A stretch of 63,266 nt of DNA, the filler included, from Deltaproteobacteria bacterium (GTDB lineage Bacteria > JAUYMQ01), in assembly GCA_030698575.1 (NCBI GenBank). It is 13 parts of 13 records of this genome, joined end to end, with 100 filler letters (N's around TTAATTAATTAA, not from the genome) between each part and the next. Parts side by side here need not be neighbours in the genome. Positions count along the whole stretch, not along the records: positions 10,571 to 13,697 come from JAUYMQ010000347.1; positions 13,798 to 19,257 come from JAUYMQ010000361.1; positions 19,358 to 22,316 come from JAUYMQ010000371.1; 10 more parts are not named here. One strand, written 5' to 3'. Made by a program: the position numbers and the translations under genes. Shown one piece after another: positions 10,764-20,273 of this stretch. Position 1 is the first letter of the stretch. Every line of letters begins with the position of its first letter. Under the pieces are notes generated by a model, which saw nothing but the letters and a program-made list of their open reading frames with translations, was not told the DNA's origin and made no database searches.

Positions 10764-12164
10764 GTGAAACGCAAGAAGCCCTGGGGCGGACGCTTCAAGA
10801 TGGACACCGACCGGATGGTCGAGGCCTTCACTTCCTCGCTTGCATTCGATCGGAACCTCGCCGGCGCCGACATCCGCGGCTCGATCGCGCACGCCCGCAT
10901 GCTGGCGAAGCAGAAGATCATCACCGCGAAGGACGCCCGAGCCATCATCCGCGGGCTCGAGGAAATCCGGCGGGAGATCGACTCGGGGGGGTTCCCGTGG
11001 CGCGAGGACCTCGAGGACATCCATATGAACATCGAGGCGCGCCTCATCGAGAAGACCGGCGAGGCCGGCAAGCGGCTGCACACCGCGCGAAGCCGCAACG
11101 ACCAGGTGGCCACCGACCTGCGCCTCTACTTGAAGGAGCGGCTGGCTGCGATCGACGCGGCCGCCGGCGCGCTGCAGAAAGCACTCATCGGCCAGGCCAA
11201 ACGTCATCTCGGGGCCATCATGCCGGGCTACACGCATCTGCAGCAGGCCCAGCCGGTGCTTTTCTCGCATCACCTCATGGCCTACGTCGAAATGCTCGGG
11301 CGCGACCGGGGGCGGCTGCGCGACGCTTTCGCGCGCGCCGACGTGCTGCCGCTCGGTGCGGGAGCGCTGGCGGGAACGCCCTTCCCGATCGATCGCGCCT
11401 ACGTGGCCAAGCTTCTGGGTTTCTCGAAAGTGGCGGAGAACAGCATCGACGCCGTGAGCGACCGCGATTTCGCCGTCGAGTTCCTCTCGGCGGTGGCGCT
11501 GCTCATGGTGCACCTTTCGCGTTTTTGCGAGGAGCTGGTGCTCTGGTCGACGACCGAGTTCGGCTTCGTCGAGCTGTCCGACGCTTTCTGCACGGGCTCG
11601 AGCATCATGCCCAACAAAAAGAACCCCGACGTGGCCGAGCTGGTGCGCGGGAAGACGGGGCGCGTCGTCGGCGGACTCGTGAGCCTGCTGACAACCCTCA
11701 AGGGGCTGCCGCTCTCCTATAACAAGGATCTTCAGGAAGACAAAGAGCCCGTCTTCGACGCGGCCGACACGGCGGAGCAGAGCCTTCTCATCCTGGCGCA
11801 GGCTGTCGCGACGATGGCTGTGCATGCCGAGCGAATGCGCGCGGCGGCCTCCGGTGGTTTTCTCACCGCCACCGACGCGGCGGATTATCTGGTGGAGAAG
11901 GGCGTGCCCTTCCGCGAAGCGCACCACTTGGTCGGCGGGCTGGTCGCCCACTGCATCGACGCGGGACGCGCGCTCGACGATCTGACGGCGGCCGAACTCC
12001 GGAAGTTCTCGCCGAAATTTGGGGCCGATGCCGCCAGGCGGCTCACCGCCGAAAGTTCCGTCGCCAGCCGCAAGTCGACCGGCGGCACGGCGCGCGCCAC
12101 GGTGGCCGCCGCCATCCGTAAGTCGGAACGAACGCTTTCAAAGCTCAAACCCCTCCCGATCTAG
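10764..12164 (+). CDS. argH: Argininosuccinate lyase
   Basis: WGGRF, EDIHMNIE, HTARSRNDQ, MPGYTHLQ, GSSIMPNKKNPD, YNKDLQEDKE. Confidence 0.98.
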   Translation: MKRKKPWGGRFKMDTDRMVEAFTSSLAFDRNLAGADIRGSIAHARMLAKQKIITAKDARAIIRGLEEIRREIDSGGFPWREDLEDIHMNIEARLIEKTGEAGKRLHTARSRNDQVATDLRLYLKERLAAIDAAAGALQKALIGQAKRHLGAIMPGYTHLQQAQPVLFSHHLMAYVEMLGRDRGRLRDAFARADVLPLGAGALAGTPFPIDRAYVAKLLGFSKVAENSIDAVSDRDFAVEFLSAVALLMVHLSRFCEELVLWSTTEFGFVELSDAFCTGSSIMPNKKNPDVAELVRGKTGRVVGGLVSLLTTLKGLPLSYNKDLQEDKEPVFDAADTAEQSLLILAQAVATMAVHAERMRAAASGGFLTATDAADYLVEKGVPFREAHHLVGGLVAHCIDAGRALDDLTAAELRKFSPKFGADAARRLTAESSVASRKSTGGTARATVAAAIRKSERTLSKLKPLPI

Positions 12165-12209
12165 CGCCCGCGCGCACCGCGGACGCCGGGGGGGAACCGG
12201 GGGACACGC

Positions 12210-12743
12210 ATGCTTCGCTCGCTCGTAATGGCGGTCTCACTCCTTCTCGCCTGCGGGGGCTTCTGGGCCTGCGGCCGCAAGTCTGCCCCGCGACTACCCG
12301 AGGGGGAGCAGCTGCGCGTCCAGGGAAAGGGCTTCGAGGCGCCCATCAACGTCTATAGCCCCTACGAGGAAGAGCTGGAGCAGATCAGGGAAACGGGCGA
12401 CACCCTCGACCCGGGCGTGGAGGAATACGCACTGCCCGGCGACAAGCCCGATTTGGTGGTCGAACCTCCCGAGAGCGCCCAGGGCACGATCCGGCAGCGC
12501 GCACCCGCCGAGATCGAGGAGGAACTCGAGGTCGGTGAAGTGGCGCCGCCGTCCGGGGACAGGCCGGAAACGGATACGACCACCGGCGCCGCGCCAACGA
12601 CCGACCCGACCCGGGGACTGCGCCGGGGTGTGGAGGATCTGCTTCGATCGGAAGAGAAGCAGTCGCCCGAAGCCGATTACTCGCCTACCGATCAGGGCGG
12701 GCTTCCTCCATCGCCCGGGAGCCCGCTGGAAGGCGGCTTCTGA
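12210..12743 (+). CDS. LptM/LppL(YifL)-like lipoprotein with long acidic tail
   Basis: Signal peptide then ACGRKSAPRLPE, like the CGxKGPLxxP motif; position between argH and lysA. Confidence 0.65.
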   Translation: MLRSLVMAVSLLLACGGFWACGRKSAPRLPEGEQLRVQGKGFEAPINVYSPYEEELEQIRETGDTLDPGVEEYALPGDKPDLVVEPPESAQGTIRQRAPAEIEEELEVGEVAPPSGDRPETDTTTGAAPTTDPTRGLRRGVEDLLRSEEKQSPEADYSPTDQGGLPPSPGSPLEGGF

Positions 12744-12806
12744 AAGGCCTGGGCGCGGGATGCGCAGTCCGGGGATCACCACACGGCCCCTCGCGGGAAA
12801 GGGATC

Positions 12807-13697
12807 ATGCACCATTTCGAGGAAAAGAACGGCGAGCTCTACTGTGAGGACGTCCCTGTTCGCCGCGTGGCGGACGAGGTGGGAACGCCCTTCTATCTCT
12901 ACAGCCACGCCACGCTCACCCGGCACTACCGCGTGTACGCCGAGGCCTTCACGGGCATTGATCACCTGATTTGTTACGCGATGAAGGCCAACTCGAACCT
13001 GGCCCTCCTGCGCCTCTTCGCGAGCCTCGGCGCCGGCTTCGACATCGTTTCCGGCGGCGAGCTTCACCGCGTGATGCGGGCGGGTGGCGATCCGCGCAAG
13101 GTCGTCTATTCGGGCGTGGGCAAGGCGGCCGAGGAGATCGACCAGGCGCTCGACGCCGGCATCCTCTGCTTCAACGTGGAGTCGCGGGAAGAGCTGGGAG
13201 TTCTGAACGACCGCGCGCGGCGCAAGGGCGTGCGGGCGCCGGTGGCGATTCGGGTGAATCCCGACGTCGATCCCAAGACGCATCCTTACATCTCGACAGG
13301 GCTCAAGAAGAGCAAGTTCGGCGTGCCGATGACGCAGGCGCTGGACATTTACCGGCAGGCAGTCGCGCTCGCCCATCTGGAGGTCATCGGGCTCGACTGC
13401 CACATCGGTTCTCAGATCACCGAGACGGGCCCCTTCAGCGATGCGCTCAAGCGGCTCCGCGATCTCGTGCACCAGCTTCGCGACGCGGGAATCGCGCTGC
13501 GGCTGCTCGACATCGGCGGCGGCCTCGGCATTCCCTACGAGGACGAGGAGCCGCCGCAGCCCGCCGAATACGTTCGCGCCATCGCCGAGCCGTTGCGCGA
13601 GTTCACGTCGCTCGGCTGCAAGATCGTCCTGGAGCCGGGCCGTGTCATCGCCGGGAACGCGGGCATCCTCGTGACGCGCGTGCTGTATCGCAAGGAG
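12807..13697 (+). CDS. lysA: Diaminopimelate decarboxylase (partial)
   Basis: [16 protein letters not shown] (PLP Lys), [25 protein letters not shown]. Confidence 0.97.
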
Positions 13698-13797
13698 NNN
13701 NNNNNNNNNNNNNNNNNNNNNNNNNNNNNNNNNNNNNNNNNTTAATTAATTAANNNNNNNNNNNNNNNNNNNNNNNNNNNNNNNNNNNNNNNNNNNN

Positions 13798-14006
13798 AGG
13801 AGGCCCTCTTCAAGGCCATGGGCACCGGCTGGCCCCGGGGCGGAAAGCTCACGGACGTCGAACTCCATCAGGGCGCCGGCGGGCCGCGCATCGAGGTCAC
13901 CGGCGCGGCACGCGTAATTCTCGACGGCCGGCGCGTCAGCGAGATTGCGGTCACCACCTCCTGGGAGGGCAACCTGGCGCTCTGCCTGGTGCTGCTGCTC
14001 CGCTAG
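13798..14006 (+). CDS. acpS: Holo-ACP synthase-like phosphopantetheinyl transferase, C-terminal fragment
   Basis: EALFKAMGTG...DVEL...GGPRI pattern; 5' cut by contig edge. Confidence 0.7.
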
Positions 14007-14039
14007 GATGCGCGATCGGCCGCGCGAGGGGAATCACAC

Positions 14040-15263
14040 ATGCCGGATGAACGACCGGAACCGAATGCGGCGGGCGCGCCGCGGCCCCCGCTGCCGCGCG
14101 CGAAGCGGATCCTGTTCGCCGCCGTCACCGCCCTGATCTCGATCTCGCTCCTGCTGGTGGCCGGCGAGATCGGCATCCGGATGTACCGCGCGAAGACGAA
14201 GCTCCCTTCACCCCGGAGCTTCATCGAGAATCCCCACGGAACCGGATCCTACCGCCTCCGGCCCCATCTCGATGCCGCCACCCGCGTCGCGGGGAAAACG
14301 ATTGCTATCAGGACCAATGCCCACGGCATGCCCTGGCGCGAGGTGGCCCGGGAGAAGCCGGGCGGCGTCCGGCGCGTGGCCATCGTGGGTGACAGCTTCG
14401 CGCAAGGGCTCTGGGCCGAATCGGCGGAGAAGGGGCTTGCCGGTGTGTTCGCATCCATCGTCGAGCCCGGCGGCTTCGAGGTTCTGAATTTCGGCGTGTC
14501 AGGCTACGGGCTGGCCGACGTGGCGCTGCAGATCCGCGAGGAGGTGCTGGGCTTCGAGCCGGCCTTCATCGTGCTCGTCTTCTACGCGGGAAACGACTTC
14601 ATCGACACCTACCTGGGGCTCGAGCGCTACGGGGTCAAGGACGGAGCGCTGGTGCACGACGACGCGGTCGTGCGTGCCAAGGTTCCGCCGGAGTTCAACC
14701 CCGCGGCCGTCCCGTTGCACGAGCGCCACGGGCCCTGGAAGCGCTGGACCCGCTCCCTCCGGCCGCACGTGAAGCTCTATGGCGCCTTGCGCGGGATCAG
14801 CCGCCGGAAGTCCGAGCCGTTGCTGCAGGAGTTCAAGGTCCGGCAGAGCTTCACCGGGCGGACCTTCTGGTCACAGAAGCCCTACCCGCCGATTGCGAAG
14901 CAGGCCAGGGACGTGACGCTCGAGACCCTGGCCGCCATTTCGGAGACCTGCCGCGAGAACGACGTCACGCTCCTCGTCGCCGCACTGCCTTTCAAGGAGC
15001 AGGTGAGCAGCTACACGCAGCGCGGGTCCGACTTCGACATCGGGCGACCGCAGAGTTTCCTGCGGGAGTTCTGCGAAGAGCGAGGGATTCCCTATCACGA
15101 TCTGCTCCCTGCGATGCGCCACTACGTGCGCAGCAACCAGCGGAGCGTCTTCGTGACCGACGAGATTCACTTAAACGACGAGGGGCACGCGGTGGCGGGC
15201 GAGGAGATGGCGATCTGGTTCAGGGAGACGCTCGATCGCCTTTCCGCTCCCGGAGCCATGTGA
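14040..15263 (+). CDS. Membrane-anchored SGNH/GDSL hydrolase-like protein
   Basis: N-terminal TM; GDSF block I, NFGVSGYG, GNDF block III, DEIHLNDEGH block V. Confidence 0.88.
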   Translation: MPDERPEPNAAGAPRPPLPRAKRILFAAVTALISISLLLVAGEIGIRMYRAKTKLPSPRSFIENPHGTGSYRLRPHLDAATRVAGKTIAIRTNAHGMPWREVAREKPGGVRRVAIVGDSFAQGLWAESAEKGLAGVFASIVEPGGFEVLNFGVSGYGLADVALQIREEVLGFEPAFIVLVFYAGNDFIDTYLGLERYGVKDGALVHDDAVVRAKVPPEFNPAAVPLHERHGPWKRWTRSLRPHVKLYGALRGISRRKSEPLLQEFKVRQSFTGRTFWSQKPYPPIAKQARDVTLETLAAISETCRENDVTLLVAALPFKEQVSSYTQRGSDFDIGRPQSFLREFCEERGIPYHDLLPAMRHYVRSNQRSVFVTDEIHLNDEGHAVAGEEMAIWFRETLDRLSAPGAM

Positions 15264-15831
15264 TCGCCTCCTCCAGGTGATCGTCTCCCCAGAAAAGCTC
15301 GTCCCCGGCCAGGAAGCTCGGCGCGCCAAAGATGCCGAGCGCCTGCGCCTTTTCGGTCTGGGCCCGGAGCGCGTGCTTGACGTCATCCGCGCCCGCGCGG
15401 GCCAGCGCCTCATCCCCGACCCGCCCGATCTCCGCCAGGATTTCCTTCACGACCGCTGCGTCGCCGATCTCCCGATCCTCGACGAAATTCGCCCGGAAGA
15501 CCGCGCGCGTGAACGACGGGCACCACCCCTCGTCCGAAGCGACGACCGCCGTCCGCGCGGCCAGGAGCCCGTTGCGCGGGAAGCGGGTGGGGCGGCGAAA
15601 GGGGAGGCCGTAGGCATTCGCGCGCCGCTCGAGATCGCGCCACATGTAGCGCCCCTTGGCGGGGTAGATGTTGAAGGGGGAGTCGTTCCACCCCTGCGCC
15701 GCGAAGATGGGGCCGAGCAGGAAGGGGCGCCAGCGCACGCTGATCCCTTCACGGGCGGCGACGTCCTCGATGCGCATGACGGTGAGATAGGAGTAGGTGC
15801 TTGCGAACTCGTACCAGAACTCAAGCTCCAC
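15220..15831 (-). CDS. 2-hydroxychromene-2-carboxylate isomerase / kappa-GST (DsbA-fold) protein
   Basis: EFWYEFASTYSY, WRPFLLG, GIFGAPSF, LFWGDD; GTG start overlaps upstream stop. Confidence 0.92.
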   Translation of the reverse strand: MELEFWYEFASTYSYLTVMRIEDVAAREGISVRWRPFLLGPIFAAQGWNDSPFNIYPAKGRYMWRDLERRANAYGLPFRRPTRFPRNGLLAARTAVVASDEGWCPSFTRAVFRANFVEDREIGDAAVVKEILAEIGRVGDEALARAGADDVKHALRAQTEKAQALGIFGAPSFLAGDELFWGDDHLEEAITWLRERKGDRASP

Positions 15832-18229
15832 GGGGGCCGTCCGCCGCCCGGAGGGTGAGCACACTCGTGCCGGGGAGATCGAGCGTCATGGGGACGTATT
15901 CGCCCCGCAGCCAGAGCGCCGCGAGATCCTCGCGATGGGGCGATGCAAGGTTCCCCGACTGTCCCGCGTTCACGATGAAGGCGCTGCGCTCCGGATCGGC
16001 GAGATCGACCACCTGCCGCAGCCCCGGCCCCGCCACGTGCTTGAAGGGATGGGCGTAGAAGAACTGCCCGTTGTTCACCGTGAAGCTGGTGCCGCGGGAA
16101 GGGTAGGGCCCGAGGTTGAGCGAGGGGCCGAGAAGCGGATGGCCGCCCAGCGGGTGCGGCATGGTCAGCGTGTGGAGCCGCCCCCAGGTCCAGTGGCGCG
16201 GATCGGCACCCAGCTCGCGCTTCAGGTTGTCGAGGGCCCGGGTCATGGCGCGCATGAGAACGTCTTCGATGCGCTTCCCTTCCATCCATCCGGAGTTCGG
16301 ATCGCGCAGCACGCGCTCCGAAGCCATGAGCGCCTCGTTCCAGTTCTCGAAGAGGAGCAGCCAGAGGTCCTCTCCCAACCGCGGTTCGAACACGTCGCGA
16401 AGCACCTGCGCGAACAGGCTGTGATAGATCGCCGCCGCCCGGCTGTCCGGCGTGCAGCGGAAGTCCCATTCGAGAAGCGTCTCGACGGCCCGGCGGATCT
16501 GCTCCGCCCCCGGGCCGCGCAGATCGAGGCGCTCGAGGCGGTCCGCCCAGGGGGCGACGAGATCGCGCACGAACTCCTCGGCCTCGATCGAATGGACGTC
16601 CTGCTGGATCGACTTCATCGTTTCAAGCGTGTGGCGCTGGATCTCGGAAAGCCGCTGGCGAATGCGCCGGATGCGGTAGGGCGGCTCCCAGTAGCTCGAG
16701 ATGTAGAAGGGGTAGCTGTCGCTCACCGACTTGTTGTTCGCTGTCGCGATGAAGCCGCTGTCGGGATTGAGGACCTTGGGCTGGGCCTCGTAGGGGACGA
16801 AGCCGGTCCACTCGAAATCATCCTCGCCGGGCGCGAGCCATCCGGGCACCGGCGTGGTGCCGCGGCCGTTCCGCCGGATGGGAATCCTGCCGGCGAGCAC
16901 GTAGCCGATGTTCCCCTTGATATCGGCGTAGATGACGTTCTGGGCCGGCGAACCGAACTTCTCCAGCGCGGCGGAGAAGGCGTCGAAGTCCTGCGCATGG
17001 TTCAGGTCGATGAGCGCCTCCACCTCGTTGGAGGGCTCGTGGCCGGTCCACTTGAAGGCGAGCACGTGGCCGTTCCCGCCGCCCACCGCGTCGGTGAGGA
17101 CCGGCCCGTGGCGCGTCACCCGCACCTCGATCGGAACGTCCGCCTTCCCTTTGACCCCGATGGTCTCCTTCAGGACCGTCATGCTCTCGTACTGATCACC
17201 CACGAGCACCTTGTGCGGGTCGTCGGGCGAGACACGCTCGACGAACAGATCGGCGTCGTGGGCCATGACGTTCGTCATGCCCCAGGCGATGGATCGGTTG
17301 CGCCCGATGGTCACCCCCGGCGCGCCGGGCAGCGTGACGCCCATTACTGAAAGATCCGGCGACTCGATGCCCGCGGCGTACCAGACGCCCGGCGAGGTGA
17401 GGAACAGATGGGGATCGCTGCAGAGGATGGGCTTTCCCGTCTTGCTGAGTGAGCCGTTGACGACCCAGTTGTTGCTTCCGCCGTGCGGGCCCACCCAGCC
17501 GTTGAAGAGCCGCAGCGCGACGTCGGCGGCGATCAGCGCCTCGGCCTCGCCCGGGCCCACATAGCTCAGGATGCGCGGATCCTCCGCCGGGTACTCGGGC
17601 GGCAGCAGCTCGCGCGCGAGCTGGGGCTGATCCGCCAGCACGTGCGAGAGCTGCCACTGGGCGAGCAACGATCGCCAGGAGTAGCAGAGCTGGTAGGCCA
17701 TGCCCTTCACCATCGACACCGTGTCGACCGGCGCCCAAGGCTCGGGCTTGTACTTGAGCAGCTTGAACTCGAGAGGAAGCGGCCCCTTCGCGATGAAGGC
17801 GTTTACGCCTTCGGCGTACCGGTTGAGGGTCGCCATGCCTTTGTCCGAGATTGCCAGCTGGGCGATCTCGGCGGCGCGGCGGAGGCCGAGCACGCGCATA
17901 AAGCGATCGAGGTCGGGCACCCGCTTGTTGCGGAAGACGACCGAGAGATCCTCCCAGCCCAGCGGCTCGTCGCCGAGAATCTCGGCGAGGCGCCCGGAGA
18001 TGGCGCGCCGGTTGAAGTCCATCTGGAAGAGGCGCTCACACGCGTGCAGGAACCCGAGCGTCCTCCAGGCATCGCCCTCGCTCCGCGCGTGGATGCGGGG
18101 GATGGCGTACTCGTCGAAGCGCACCTGGACGTCGGCGTCGAGACCGGCGAGGTTCACCGTGCCCTGGTAGTCGGGCCGGGAGCGGCGGGAGAGGAGCCTG
18201 AGGACGGTACTAACAAGGGCGTTTTTCAT
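15821..18229 (-). CDS. Penicillin acylase family Ntn-hydrolase
   Basis: ERLFQMD..RR..GRLAE, GSNNWV nucleophile site, DPHL, TRHGPV, TANNK, GQSGN. Confidence 0.95.
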   Translation of the reverse strand: MKNALVSTVLRLLSRRSRPDYQGTVNLAGLDADVQVRFDEYAIPRIHARSEGDAWRTLGFLHACERLFQMDFNRRAISGRLAEILGDEPLGWEDLSVVFRNKRVPDLDRFMRVLGLRRAAEIAQLAISDKGMATLNRYAEGVNAFIAKGPLPLEFKLLKYKPEPWAPVDTVSMVKGMAYQLCYSWRSLLAQWQLSHVLADQPQLARELLPPEYPAEDPRILSYVGPGEAEALIAADVALRLFNGWVGPHGGSNNWVVNGSLSKTGKPILCSDPHLFLTSPGVWYAAGIESPDLSVMGVTLPGAPGVTIGRNRSIAWGMTNVMAHDADLFVERVSPDDPHKVLVGDQYESMTVLKETIGVKGKADVPIEVRVTRHGPVLTDAVGGGNGHVLAFKWTGHEPSNEVEALIDLNHAQDFDAFSAALEKFGSPAQNVIYADIKGNIGYVLAGRIPIRRNGRGTTPVPGWLAPGEDDFEWTGFVPYEAQPKVLNPDSGFIATANNKSVSDSYPFYISSYWEPPYRIRRIRQRLSEIQRHTLETMKSIQQDVHSIEAEEFVRDLVAPWADRLERLDLRGPGAEQIRRAVETLLEWDFRCTPDSRAAAIYHSLFAQVLRDVFEPRLGEDLWLLLFENWNEALMASERVLRDPNSGWMEGKRIEDVLMRAMTRALDNLKRELGADPRHWTWGRLHTLTMPHPLGGHPLLGPSLNLGPYPSRGTSFTVNNGQFFYAHPFKHVAGPGLRQVVDLADPERSAFIVNAGQSGNLASPHREDLAALWLRGEYVPMTLDLPGTSVLTLRAADGPRGA

Positions 18230-18315
18230 GGTGTCATCCTCAGCGTTGGCTCGTGCTGGCTCGAACCGGCTGGAAGAAACCAATATTATCAGATAAGGAC
18301 CGGACCCGGGGCGCC

Positions 18316-18349
18316 GCTTAAATAATGGGGTCAGACCCCTTTATTTAAG
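18316..18349. repeat. REP-like palindrome (GGGGTCAGACCCC core)
   Basis: 18316-18346 is the exact reverse complement of 19210-19240. Confidence 0.85.
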
Positions 18350-19231
18350 TCAGGGGAAGATTTCGCAGCGGGCGATGTAGTCCTTGTTGGTGAACATCCA
18401 GCGGGTGCCGAGATAGGGCGCCAGTATGACCGACCAGGGGCCCCACTCCCGGTCGAACTCCCAGCGGCGGATCTCCGCGAGCGGGACCGTCCGGTAACTC
18501 CCCAGCACGATGGTCGAGGTGTCGTTCATCTCGATGAAGCCGCGGATGACCGGGAGATCGATCGGCCATGCGTTGCCGTCACGGTCGACGCCGAAAACGA
18601 CGTCCGGTGGAGCGCCCCTCGGGGGGGCGTAGCGCACTTGACCCACGGGCGCGCGGTGAACCTTCCCGTAGTAGTCCTGAACGACGCGCTCCCGCTTCTC
18701 CAGCGTCACGCGCCGGGCGCGCAGCGTGTGCTCGCGAAATTGCACGGGAAACTCACGCGGGCTTTCAATCCACTGCAGATCCTGGGCGTCGACGACCCGC
18801 GAAGCCGGCGTGTTCCGCTCGCGCAGGACGAGGCGATCCGAGAGCGCCGCCTCGAGCGTCCAGTGCTCAGCCGACCAGGTCGTGGCGTCGGCCGTCGTGA
18901 AGCGCCAGCAGGCCGTCTGCTCGAAAATGCCCGCCCGGGCCTTCTCGAATGCGGGGCGGGGGAGCTTCTTCACCTCCCGGTGAACCGCGCGGCTTCCGAT
19001 GTTCGGCTTCGCCCATTTCTCGCGCTCTACCGTGACTACGTAGCCGACCAGCCGCTCCGGCGCCCCGGGCGCGGCGACAGTGTCGTCGGACGCGACGGCC
19101 ACGTAGTTCAGGCGCTGGGCGCACCCGGGGAGAAGCAGCAGCAGCAGCAGGAGCAGGCCGGGCCGGATTAAAATAGCGGGGTCAGACCCCCTTACTTTAA
19201 CCGGCACTAAAATAAAGGGGTCTGACCCCAT
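18350..19231 (-). CDS. Hypothetical putative lipoprotein; start lies within REP repeat
   Basis: Long ORF with GC3 bias; poly-Leu h-region then LPGC lipobox; N-terminal GSDP motifs are REP-encoded. Confidence 0.65.
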   Translation of the reverse strand: MGSDPFILVPVKVRGSDPAILIRPGLLLLLLLLLPGCAQRLNYVAVASDDTVAAPGAPERLVGYVVTVEREKWAKPNIGSRAVHREVKKLPRPAFEKARAGIFEQTACWRFTTADATTWSAEHWTLEAALSDRLVLRERNTPASRVVDAQDLQWIESPREFPVQFREHTLRARRVTLEKRERVVQDYYGKVHRAPVGQVRYAPPRGAPPDVVFGVDRDGNAWPIDLPVIRGFIEMNDTSTIVLGSYRTVPLAEIRRWEFDREWGPWSVILAPYLGTRWMFTNKDYIARCEIFP

Positions 19232-19240
19232 TATTTAAGC
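19168..19240. repeat. REP-like inverted doublet (GGGGTCAGACCCC / GGGGTCTGACCCC)
   Basis: Two palindromic cores with AT-rich flanks in opposite orientation. Confidence 0.85.
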
Positions 19241-19357
19241 ACCAGCGCCTCGTGGCGNNNNNNNNNNNNNNNNNNNNNNNNNNNNNNNNNNNNNNNNNNN
19301 NTTAATTAATTAANNNNNNNNNNNNNNNNNNNNNNNNNNNNNNNNNNNNNNNNNNNN

Positions 19358-20188
19358 GGCCACCGCGGCATCACGCACTCGGCCGTGGGCATTACCCTCT
19401 TCGCGCCTCTGGTCGCCGCCCTTCTCCACGCCGTCGGTCCGGAGGCGAACTACGCCTTCTACCTCGGGCTGGTCGCGCTCGGCATGGGGCTCCACGTCCT
19501 CTTCGATCTCATCACGAGCTGGGGGACGATGATCCTTGCCCCTTTCTCGAAGCGGAAGTTTTACTGGTCCTGGATCTCTTTCCGGAACTACCCTTTCGTC
19601 TTCACGCTCTGGGGCACGCTGGCGCTCTCGTTCTTCCTCGACCCGCTCGAGAGCCAGATTGTCTGTGCGGCGGCCATGGGCTTCGCGATGGTCATGATCG
19701 CCGTGGCCGGCGTCACGCAGGCTGTCGCCAAACGCCGCTTTCGCGACGCTCTCTCCGCGAAGGGGATCCGCGCGCACAAGCTCGAGGGATTTCCGCGCGG
19801 GCGCCGGCTCTTCACCTGGTCGATCTTCGCCGAGAGCGCCGACGCCTTCCATCATGGCACCGTGGCCGTCACATCGAAGGCGCCGATCGTCTTCAATGAG
19901 ATGCCCAAGCCTGAGGCGAACGATTTCATCGAGGCGGCCCGGCAGGTGCCCGCTATCGGCTTCTACTTCGACGTGACGAGCTTCGTGCAGGGGCACTACG
20001 CGCGGGAGGGAGAGCGGCACATCGTGACCTTCTCGAACGCGCGCTTCGCCTTCGGCGGAACGCCCGTGCGCGGCATGGCGCCCGGCGACGGCGCAAGCGT
20101 GGTCTTCGACGAGGCGCGGCGCGTGATCGACGCCGTGATCTACGGCATCCCCGTCCCGGTCGTTCGATCCGGAACCGGAACGTCCTGA
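19358..20188 (+). CDS. YdjM-like membrane metal-dependent hydrolase (partial)
   Basis: HRGITHS and HVLFDLITSWGT..LAPF motifs; 5' cut by contig edge. Confidence 0.85.
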   Translation, partial: GHRGITHSAVGITLFAPLVAALLHAVGPEANYAFYLGLVALGMGLHVLFDLITSWGTMILAPFSKRKFYWSWISFRNYPFVFTLWGTLALSFFLDPLESQIVCAAAMGFAMVMIAVAGVTQAVAKRRFRDALSAKGIRAHKLEGFPRGRRLFTWSIFAESADAFHHGTVAVTSKAPIVFNEMPKPEANDFIEAARQVPAIGFYFDVTSFVQGHYAREGERHIVTFSNARFAFGGTPVRGMAPGDGASVVFDEARRVIDAVIYGIPVPVVRSGTGTS

Positions 20189-20208
20189 AAAGACAGGTGA
20201 TTTCAGCC

Positions 20209-20255
20209 AATAAGTGGGACAGTCCCTCTTAATAAGAGGGACTGTCCCACTTATT
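20209..20255. repeat. 47-bp palindromic REP doublet
   Basis: AATAAGTGGGACAGTCCCTCTTA-A-TAAGAGGGACTGTCCCACTTATT, perfect hairpin. Confidence 0.9.
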
Positions 20256-20273
20256 GGGCGGCAAGGAGACGAG

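Noticed and set aside
15797-17350. Long antisense ORFs (also 3384-4913, 10698-11951, 51981-53579, 59164-60483)
   Set aside because: Shadow frames of well-supported genes, expected in high-GC DNA.
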